From contig JBJCIZ010000232.1 of NCBI GenBank assembly GCA_051294375.1, positions 8,881-16,177 of the forward strand: 7,297 bases of DNA, given 5' to 3'. Shown here in pieces: positions 1-6,898 of the stretch (its first letter is position 1; every line of letters begins with the position of its first letter). The position numbers and the translations under genes were made by a program. The notes beneath the pieces were generated by a model that saw only the letters and a list, made by a program, of their open reading frames with translations, did no database searches and had not been told where the DNA came from. This DNA is from Paraspadella gotoi (lineage: Eukaryota > Animalia > Chaetognatha).

Positions 1-511
1 TCGTCAATTAAACCAACCTGAAAATAAATAAAAATTCCATATAATGTGAAGTAAAAATTGTAAATTTACGTGTTTCATATTGCAGGTTGCTTTAGAGTGG
101 GGCAAAATGTTTTGGAGAATTGAATCATTTCCAGTTTATTTGGTATTGTTCATATTCTAGCCTCAGCACAAAAAATTCCTTATATCCAGAACGCTCAAGT
201 TGATAACAAAATGATGATATAATCCTCATGTGATGTGTGTGTTAAAAACCTTCAGAAACAATAGTAAATATAACAAACATATTTCTCATAGTTCATTTCA
301 ATAACATACTTAGTAGGCAGTTTCCGCCGACGACAAAGCCGACGCGGATTCCTCAGCCGTCAGAGTCAATTGTTGTCTAAAATATCCTGACGATCCGCAG
401 CTGCTCGTGCCGATGTGAGCCGCTCCTGACGACGTCATCTGTCGTGGATCCTTTCGCGGAGAACCTCTCTTTACACATCGTCGCAAAGACGAATCCTATC
501 CATATATCTAG
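1..511 (-). other. Possible exons of a minus-strand gene with short introns (18-69 and 250-309)
   Basis: On minus, GTAAAT (69-64) ... TTTTCAG (24-18) defines a 52-nt intron whose removal reads TGNDSILQNILPHSKATCNMKH|VGLID. A GTATGT donor lies at 309-304. The GC-rich block 310-503 has an open frame ending ...QQLTLTAEESASALSSAETAY*. No consistent full gene model or recognisable protein was obtained. Confidence 0.3.
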
Positions 512-784
512 CCGTTATAAGGGACATTAAAATAGCTGTTAACTAAGTATTTAACGTTTCAATAACATGTGCATATATAATTATTAAATTAACTTTCTAC
601 TATCATATAAATCTGCAACCATTTACTCAAAATTTAATCACCGTTCCTCCTCTGCACATTTCTTTACTTAATTTGTATTTTCTTGGCTATAATTTTTTGC
701 CACACTGTTTTTTTAGTTTATTCAAGCATAATTGGAATAAAAAAATCAATTATTTCCCTTCTATTTCGTTTACATATGTGTTCA

Positions 785-1160
785 TTAACTCCTTCGTTCC
801 GAGGCTTCCGGAAGTTAAAATTAATTCTTATGAGGCCGGATCAGCAATTCGAGCTTCGCTAAATTTCGGCGTTCTTAAGATTTAACTACGTAGTACTTTT
901 CTTTGTAGAAACCAAAAACGGATCGGTTTAAAATTAGCCGGAGTTGCATCCGCCGAGACCCGGCGTTTTTTTTTCGCGGGGTCTTTTTTTTGCCGATTTA
1001 CTTTTGTTATCACGCTTACTTTAGATCATCCGATTTTTGATGAAATTTAGGATTTGGGCTAATTTCGCAATTCTCTTTCCAACGATACAAATTATATGAT
1101 AGTAAATCGTCTCTAGTTTCGAAACGACTTGCAGCCCCATATTTCTCCGGCTAAAATTCC
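785..1160. mobile_element. Possible non-autonomous DNA element remnant
   Basis: Palindromes CTTCCGGAAG (805-814) and ACTACGTAGT (885-894), inverted pair TTAGCCGGAG (934-943) / CTCCGGCTAA (1145-1154), and CCGATTTTTGATGAAATTT (1030-1048) resembling the GATT...ATGAAATTT core motif of the downstream element. No termini identified; it could be part of the LTR. Confidence 0.25.
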
Positions 1161-1199
1161 CATCTCGTTTCACATTCCTACTTTGATAAACAAAAAGTA

Positions 1200-1615
1200 A
1201 ATCATATAAAAGTCATTGTTATTTTTATTCTCGCCGCTGCAATTATTATTATTGCATTTCCTTCCGATGTTATACTGAAATAAACTCTCGTTCATTTTAT
1301 TTGGTAATCGAATTTCTTCTTCACTAAAAATTCCGTCCTCCACTTGGTGTTCAGGCGTTTGGTTACGAATAAAGTTTTTTTTTAAGCCTCGAACTGAAAT
1401 CTGCGTTCGTTGCCGCTACCTAATTTCCGAAAATTAAAAAGAGAAATCCAGGATTACGCTTCGCGTCTAATCTTTTCCAAATTTTTCCCGTCTTTGCGGT
1501 TCAACCAAAAGGACATTCGATTTGAAGTGAGATTGTTCCTGAAAATTACATTATAAGCAAGAGTTATAAATAAATAAATAGGCCTTAAATCTCTTGAGAA
1601 TTTTTATTTTAGTCA
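1200..1615 (+). repeat. 3' part of the putative 5' LTR (left boundary undefined)
   Basis: Ends in CA directly before the PBS-like TGG. Contains TATAAAA near 1205 and several AATAAA, including 1569-1574 and 1573-1578 about 40 bp before the end. No second LTR copy is available to fix the start; TGTTATAC at 1268 is one candidate. Confidence 0.5.
1569..1578 (+). promoter_or_regulatory. Polyadenylation signal(s) in the LTR
   Basis: Two overlapping AATAAA hexamers followed by a T-rich tract (1601-1610) and the CA LTR end. Confidence 0.45.
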
Positions 1616-1629
1616 TGGCATCGGTGGGA
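1616..1629 (+). promoter_or_regulatory. Primer-binding site, tRNA-Leu-like
   Basis: TGGCATCGGTGGGA is 13/14 complementary to the metazoan tRNA-Leu 3' arm ...TCCCACCGCTGCCA (recalled, not searched). It lies immediately after CA and upstream of gag. Confidence 0.6.
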
Positions 1630-1865
1630 AGCCCGTCGGGTCTGGACCGCCAGATTGCGAATGGGAGACATTGGCAATTCAAAACGGCGGACGATCTGAA
1701 AGAGAGTGGTTCTCGCTCAATAGGGACGAGGAATCGATGCGCGGCGTGCAGAAAATCGATATCGACCATCATGGGTGGATCGACGAGAACGTGCAAAAGG
1801 GTTCCTCTCACCAGATAGAAATATGTTTCAAAGTTTTGAAAAGGGCGTAGACGATATGAGAAGAG

Positions 1866-2040
1866 ATGATTGTGGAGAGGAAAATCAAAGATGAGAGGAT
1901 TGTTGATTAGAAAGAATCAACGAAAAAATTATCAGAGAGGAAGAGAGAGTGAGTGAGAGAGAGAGAGAGTGGAGAGAGAGAAGAGAGAGAAAGAATGGGA
2001 AAAGCTGATGAGAGAGAGATGGTGTGAACGCTTCCTTTGA
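1866..2040 (+). pseudogene. Possible E/R-rich coiled-coil N-terminal gag segment overlapping a GA-rich tract
   Basis: Joining frames gives MIVERKIKDERIVD (1866-) / LERINEKIIREEERVSEREREWRERRER (1907-1990) / KEWEKLMRERWCERFL. It could instead be a non-coding purine-rich leader. Confidence 0.35.
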
Positions 2041-2429
2041 GAAGAGGAATTTGGCTAAAGTGAGGATCGAAGTCCAGGGGTAAAAATAGAGTTTAATATG
2101 TAAGACACCCATGACTGGGTGATAGGAGACGTAATGGACAAACGATGAGTTGACATTCTAAAATTCATGTAATTGACATGAACGTTTGTTTTTTCCTCAA
2201 CAGGATCGTAGCCATCGATCGCCCTTCCGGTGACGTCAACGGCGGGCCGTCGTCTCTTCCTTACCCAAACGCCTTCTCCTACCAATCCTCGTTTTTTTTC
2301 CGTCCTCCCTTTTTCCCATCTCTCCCCCAATTTCCCGTCTATTTTCCCTTTCCCGCTACTTCTCTACCCGTTTCCCCCTTCCCTGTGCCGTGCGTTCTGC
2401 ATCGGTCTTGCGGCGCCAGCGCCGCCGAG

Positions 2430-3345
2430 TCATCGATCAAACTGGGCCAGACGGAGTTTCGGTCGGCAAATCGGATGAAGCCGATCAAGACGAAGTGAAA
2501 CAAACGGACGACCGCGTTTGCTTTTCCCTGCAGAAGGAGTCCATCATCCAGCAAGAATGTGGCAGTTTTTCCAAGTGAGTCCCTTTTGGCGACGAAAGTC
2601 GCAATTGTTGTTGCCCATTCTGATGATAACCTTAGACTATTATGCAACATTTATCTCTCACACGCCGTATGCTCTGTGCACAAATATTTTTTTGTCACTG
2701 AGAGGTCACTCTTGTTTCCCTAAATTTTTCAAAATAGTTGTCTAGTAAATATCAACGATGAAACAATCTAAAGACGAAACGGTTATGCAATTTTATTTAC
2801 GTTTTTCTTATGTAATGAAAGCTTTGGGGCGGGACGAAACCAATTTGTTTGCGACTTTATTTTGTAAACTGAAAGATAAAAATGTTGCTCGCGTCGTAGA
2901 AGATGCCTTTATCATCCGGGTGGAAGAGACTTATCTGATGTTACGAGGCAAGGCCAATAGCCTCGACAACCATCGCGCCGCGAGAAGGCGCGACGTCAAT
3001 TGCGTTGATTTGCAATCGTCGGAAGCAGAATGGACGTTTCCACCATCGAAGTTGGAGCGCAAGGGCGGGCAAAGCAGCGTTGCAGGGGCGGCCGTCGTGC
3101 GGTGTAATGGCGGACCGGAGGAACGTTGGTCGGCGAATCAATGGCGATTGACTCAAAGTCGAACCGGACGTTTCTTCGTTAAGTCTCTATGACTCCTCTC
3201 CACAGTCGTTGTTACACATTGTCTGAAAGTGCATGAAAATTTGGATCAAATGTAAAAGGAAAAACCGTGTTTTAATTTTGCGAGAGTTTCGGGCCAGCAT
3301 TTCTCCATCAGCTGTCCCAAAGCGCCAAGAGTCAAATCCGAAATT
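2430..3345 (+). pseudogene. gag: Retrotransposon gag (capsid-like region plus nucleocapsid), frameshifted
   Basis: Ordered fragments across frames: SSIKLGQTEF / GKSDEADQDEV, ATKVAIVVAH (2589-), LDYYATF (2632-), ISTMKQSKDETVMQFYLRFSYVMKALG (ORF 2758-3192, fitting the L-x-x-(L/M)-K-Q-x3-E-(S/T)-V-x2-(Y/F)-x2-R-F pattern of retrotransposon Gag), then zinc knuckles in the same frame. Confidence 0.8.
3207..3321 (+). other. Two degenerate CCHC zinc knuckles of Gag
   Basis: 3268-3321 reads CFNFARVSGQHFSISCPK in the gag frame; removing two short insertions gives the canonical CFNCESFGHFSISCPK. 3207-3253 reads RC/THCLKVHENLDQ/C with two 1-nt shifts and is weaker. Confidence 0.7.
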
Positions 3346-3721
3346 TGAGGAGTGTAATCGAAGGACGCAAAAGGGAAGAAGAATGCATGATGGGGCGCGG
3401 TCGAAATCTCGTCAGACGCTTCAGTCCATGATGTCACTGCGCCGTCAACGGCGTCTTTGGATTCTACAAAAACATGAAATGAAATTTTTGGAAACGTTAT
3501 TGATAAAACAAACTGATTCCATTTTCGGCACATTTTCGTCATCCGTCATCAAAATTTTTCAACTGATTTTTTTTCGTCAAATTTTTTTGCAAAAAAACAT
3601 CAAACTTCCTGCAGCGCTACACCATCAGAACTCCTGACCTTTTCTCCAATCAACACTCACTTCATTGGACAGCATTCTTGCTACTTTTGTTGGTGGAGAG
3701 AAATAAACTTGGAGCTTAAGT

Positions 3722-3939
3722 ACCTACATCAGTGCTGTCCAAGTGAATGCCTTCAAGTGGATTGCATCACGATACTGGAGCAGACATCAGCATCATCCAG
3801 AGAAGTTGGTCAAAGATGCAAAGTTGCTGGAGGAAACTTGACCAACACCTGCACTCAGACGATTTGAATGTTGCAGGCTTCCTCGGGCACGAAAAGAAAG
3901 CACATCAAACAAAGAAAGTCAAGAGCTAATCTACAATTT
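3722..3939 (+). pseudogene. pol: Retropepsin (aspartic protease), N-terminal part
   Basis: YISAVQVN / LQVDCI / DTGADISIIQR (catalytic DTG at 3771-3779) / LVKDAKLLEE / NVAGFLG / RANLQF, ending at the T-run 3937-3942. Confidence 0.85.
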
Positions 3940-3942
3940 TTT

Positions 3943-3973
3943 AGTCGGATCTGCTTATCAGCAGATCCCGACT
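3943..3973. repeat. 5' stem-loop / subterminal inverted repeat of the inserted element
   Basis: AGTCGGATCTGCT-tatc-AGCAGATCCCGACT: 13-bp stem with one bulged C and a 4-nt loop. Confidence 0.9.
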
Positions 3974-4098
3974 CTATAACTCCACTTTTTATAACTCACT
4001 TTTTCGGGTCCCGTCCGGTCGCCCCTAATATTGTCGGGCACCACTTATATCATGTCAGAACATCGAATTATGATAAATTAATGCAAAAAAAAAATGAT

Positions 4099-4140
4099 GT
4101 CCGTCCGTCCGTCGTCCGTCCGTCCGTCCGTCCGCCGTCC
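4099..4140 (+). repeat. (GTCC)n microsatellite
   Basis: About ten imperfect GTCC units, with a shorter echo at 4610-4624. GTCY microsatellites are characteristic of DINE-1-like elements. Confidence 0.95.
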
Positions 4141-4149
4141 CACCTTAGC

Positions 4150-5082
4150 AAAAAACCACCAATTACTTCGTGATTGGGATGGAATGGATTTAAAATGAAA
4201 TTTTGTGTGTGGTATAGGTAAGTTGTGTGATTGGGAAGCTGGATATTAAGTTTCGGATGGAAATCGTCCGAGTGGAAATGAGTTTAAAATGGAAAAAACA
4301 AAAAAATATATTCACTATTTGAACACCAATTGCTCATAGAGTGATGGCTTGATTGACCTGGAATTTTTGTAATGTGGGTAGGAAAGTGTGTGATTGAAAC
4401 AGGATGTCAAGTTTCGGGATGAATAGTTGGAGTGGAAATGAGTTTAAATTATGGAAAAACAAAAACCTGTTTTACTAATTGATTAGCTTTTTTCCTTTTA
4501 TAATTAATGTATCTGCCAGGATGTTTAATAATTCAAACATAATTAATGCAGTTTAATTAATCAATTAGTAAAATAATTAATTAATTAATTAATTTAATTA
4601 GTCAATCAATCCGTCCATCCGTCCCATCTTAGCAAAAGCTCCAATAACTCGTGATTAGCTGGTTGGATTGGGAATAAATTTTGTGTGTGGGTAGGGAAAG
4701 TGTGTGATAAAAGCTGGATATAAAATTTTCGATGGAATCGGTGAGTGGAAATTAGTTTAAAAAGGAAAAAACATAAGTCGATTTACTAAAAATCTTTTTA
4801 CTTATTTTAACCAATAAATACTCCAATTAATGCATATAATTGGAATGGATAGATTGAGTTGAAATTTGTGTGTGGGTAAGGAAAGAACGTATGAAACGAA
4901 GCTTGAATATAAAGTTTCAGTGGAAACGTACCAGTGGAAATGAGTTTTTAAAAATGAAAAAAATATGAGTCACATTTACGTTGACATCTTTTTATTTAAT
5001 TTTAAACGCCATGATAGATTGAGATGAAATTTTTTGTGAGCCGGTAGGAAAAGTGAGTGAAGAAGCTAGATATAAAGTTTTG
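4150..5082 (+). repeat. Five diverged 160-190 bp core repeats (last one partial)
   Basis: Recurring block GAAATTTTGTGTGTGGGTAGGAAAG...AAGCTGGATATAAAGTTT...AGTGGAAATGAGTTTAAA. The AGTGGAAAT anchor occurs at 4271, 4431, 4744 and 4933; the partial copy spans ~5011-5082. Confidence 0.9.
4550..4600. repeat. (TTAA)n-like AT-only tract
   Basis: Imperfect TTAA/TAAT iterations between core repeats 2 and 3. Confidence 0.8.
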
Positions 5083-5086
5083 AAGA

Positions 5087-5140
5087 ATGCAAGTTGAAAA
5101 AATTATGCAAGTTGAAAAATTGATGCAAGTTAAAAAAAAA
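5087..5140 (+). repeat. Three 18-bp tandem repeats ATGCAAGTTGAAAAA(A/T)T(T/G)
   Basis: ATGCAAGTT starts at 5087, 5105 and 5123. Confidence 0.9.
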
Positions 5141-5177
5141 ATCTTAAAAGCATAAGGATCGTCGCTATTGCATAAAA

Positions 5178-5276
5178 AGAGAGAGAGAGAGAAGAGAGAA
5201 AAGAGAGAGTGAGAGAGAGAGAGAGAGTGAAGAGAGAAAGAGAGAGAGTGAGAGAGAGAGAGAAGAGAGAGAAGAG
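5178..5276 (+). repeat. (GA)n microsatellite, imperfect
   Basis: Directly visible. Confidence 0.95.
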
Positions 5277-5507
5277 AACATAAAAAATAAAAAAAAAATC
5301 TTAAAAGACTCAGATCGAGCCAGAGCCCCACTATCAATAGAAATTAAATGAAAAAAACCGGAAAAAAACGATGAATCATGCGATAAGAATTTGTTGATGT
5401 ACTAGTAATTGATTGAGGTAATACAATTGATGATGTAATAGTGAATTTATTTTGATGTAAATAGGAATTGATTATTGAAATTCGAATGATAATCAATTAT
5501 TGAATAT

Positions 5508-5610
5508 GCGATGATAGTCATTCACTGCTGTTGATGATAGTCATTCAGTGATGGCGGATGATTTTGTTTATTGCGATGATTGGTCATTCTTGTATGGCGA
5601 TGATAGTCAA
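5508..5610 (+). repeat. Four copies of (GC)GATGATAGTCATTC
   Basis: Copies start at ~5508, 5532, 5573 and 5597, preceded by TTGATGTA-containing repeats at ~5395-5460. Confidence 0.75.
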
Positions 5611-5638
5611 TAAAACAAACAAATTGCGTGTATGAGTG

Positions 5639-5641
<3 letters not shown>

Positions 5642-5690
<49 letters not shown>

Positions 5691-5737
5691 AAGAAATGAG
5701 AGAGAGAGAGAAAGAGAGAGAGAGAGAAAGAAAGAGA
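5642..5737 (+). repeat. (GA)n microsatellite
   Basis: Directly visible; contains the longest pure GA run in the window. Confidence 0.95.
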
Positions 5738-5913
5738 ATAAAATCCACGAAAATCTCGGATGAAAATAATGGGATTTTGTATTGAAAAAAGCCGCGGAAT
5801 AAATGGCAATAAATAAAAAGTTTTTTTAGAAGGAAAAAAAATTAATCAGAATTTTTTCAAAAAAACAAACGATAACGCAAATAGATCGGACAGATAGGGG
5901 ACAAGACACACAA

Positions 5914-6212
5914 GAAGAGACAAGAGAGACAGAGAGAGTAAAAAGAGAGAGAGAGAGAGAACAAGCCGCTGCAGAGAAAAAGAGAAAGAGAAGAGCGATA
6001 TATAAATAATTAAAAGAGAGAGAGAAGAGAGAAGCTCTACAGCCCTTTACTCGTTAAAGAAATCAGCAGTACTTATGGGCGCCGCACGTAAGCGTGAGCT
6101 ATTCTCTACCCAACAAGGACCCGGGTTTCGCGGCCCCTGTTCGTGGCAATCGTTTTTTTTACATTAGTTGAACCTACATTATATCTAAAAAATTTTTTGT
6201 AAAAAAAAAGGA

Positions 6213-6247
<35 letters not shown>

Positions 6248-6327
6248 GAAGCTGGACAGAACGCTGCAAAGCCGGAACTCGTTTTTTTAGAAGAAGCTGT
6301 GACGGAGAAAAAGAGAGAGAGAGAGAG
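5914..6327 (+). repeat. Cluster of shorter (GA)n tracts (5914-6032, 6211-6249, 6312-6327)
   Basis: Directly visible; all have purines on the + strand. Confidence 0.85.
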
Positions 6328-6663
6328 CGACATAATAATTAAAACGTTTTTGTTTTGTCAATAAATACATAAACAAATACCAATATTGATATGAAAACAT
6401 GAGAATTTTAAAGATCTTGATGATTAGGCCATATATGAAAATTCACTCACCTATGATATCAACTTTCAGAAGCCATGATTGCAAAAAAGCCGAGACCGAA
6501 AGCTAAAACCGAAAAAAAAAATCGAGACAGGACCGGGCTTTGCCCGCCCTGGCTGCGATAATAGAGGATATTTGTTTTGTTTTTGATAAAATGTAAACAA
6601 AAACATTTAAATAACTGTCCTGACTCAATTTTTAAGGACATGCGATGATGACAAAGCTGAAAT

Positions 6664-6762
6664 ATAAATTATAATTAATCTATTAATTAATTAATTAATT
6701 AATCTAATTAATTAATTAATTAATCTATTAATTAATTATTAATTTATCAAATTAAATTAAAT
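6664..6762. repeat. (TTAA)n / TTAATCTA AT-rich tandem tract just inside the 3' sub-TIR
   Basis: Directly visible; includes three TAATCTA interruptions. Confidence 0.9.
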
Positions 6763-6775
6763 TCATTATCGTAAG

Positions 6776-6811
6776 GCAGATTCCGACATTGTTTGCTTCA
6801 AAACTTGTTTT
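6776..6811. repeat. 3' subterminal inverted repeat and terminal palindrome of the inserted element
   Basis: GCAGATTCCGAC matches the 5' right arm GCAGATCCCGAC (3961-3972) at 11/12. It is followed by GTTTG-ctt-CAAAAC (6791-6804) and TTGTTTT. Confidence 0.75.
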
Positions 6812-6898
6812 CCTGGAAATCTTCCTGTGGAGCTTCATGTGGCTCCCATAAAATCAACTTATGTGATCTTGGGCAGCAACGTCCTTCAAATGATATGA
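6812..6898 (+). pseudogene. pol: Retropepsin, C-terminal part
   Basis: PGNLPVELHVAPIKSTYVILGSNVLQMI starts immediately after the insertion. ILG (6866-6874) followed by x-N-x-L matches the C-terminal retropepsin motif. This frame is absent from the ORF track. Confidence 0.8.

Larger units (their letters stand above)
3940..6811 (+). mobile_element. Non-autonomous Helentron-associated (HINE/DINE-1-like) element, ~2.87 kb
   Basis: Both ends lie in T-runs (3937-3942, 6808-6811) with no other TSD. 5' hairpin at 3943-3973; 3' copy GCAGATTCCGAC (6776-6787) is inverted relative to GTCGGATCTGC (3944-3954); short palindrome 6791-6804 then TTGTTTT; (GTCC)n near the 5' end; internal tandem core repeats; no credible ORF. 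The flanks rejoin into one protease. Confidence 0.8.

Noticed and set aside
785-802. piggyBac-type end (TTAA + CTCCTTCGTTCCG)
   Set aside because: I found no matching inverted terminus in the window.
673-885. 70-aa ORF
   Set aside because: TTG start, AT-rich low-information composition and no motif.
2587-2595. TGGCGACGA as a Mag-type PBS
   Set aside because: It lies inside gag-like coding (ATKVAIV), has no LTR end before it, and a better-placed PBS exists at 1616.
2339-3542. Minus-strand ORFs 2339-2650, 2941-3156 and 3246-3542
   Set aside because: Antisense shadows of the gag region with no recognisable motifs.
3943-3973. Rho-independent terminator
   Set aside because: The context is eukaryotic, and the stem sequence recurs at 6776-6787, which fits a transposon subterminal repeat better.
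3868-4173. 101-aa ORF as a gene
   Set aside because: Chimeric: protease codons up to 3939 read into the insertion's hairpin and GTCC microsatellite (VRPSVRP).
4150-5610. CRISPR-like array
   Set aside because: The repeats are diverged tandem units without constant repeat/unique spacer structure, there are no cas genes, and the context is eukaryotic.
5002-6333. Minus-strand ORFs 5002-5337, 5522-5809 and 6106-6333 (also 1885-2112)
   Set aside because: Their SLSLSL content is simply translation of (TC)n, which has no stop codons; no protein signal.
3940-6811. Self-splicing or spliceosomal intron in the protease
   Set aside because: No GT...AG boundaries at the junctions and no group I/II features; the termini and internal repeats match a HINE-type element.
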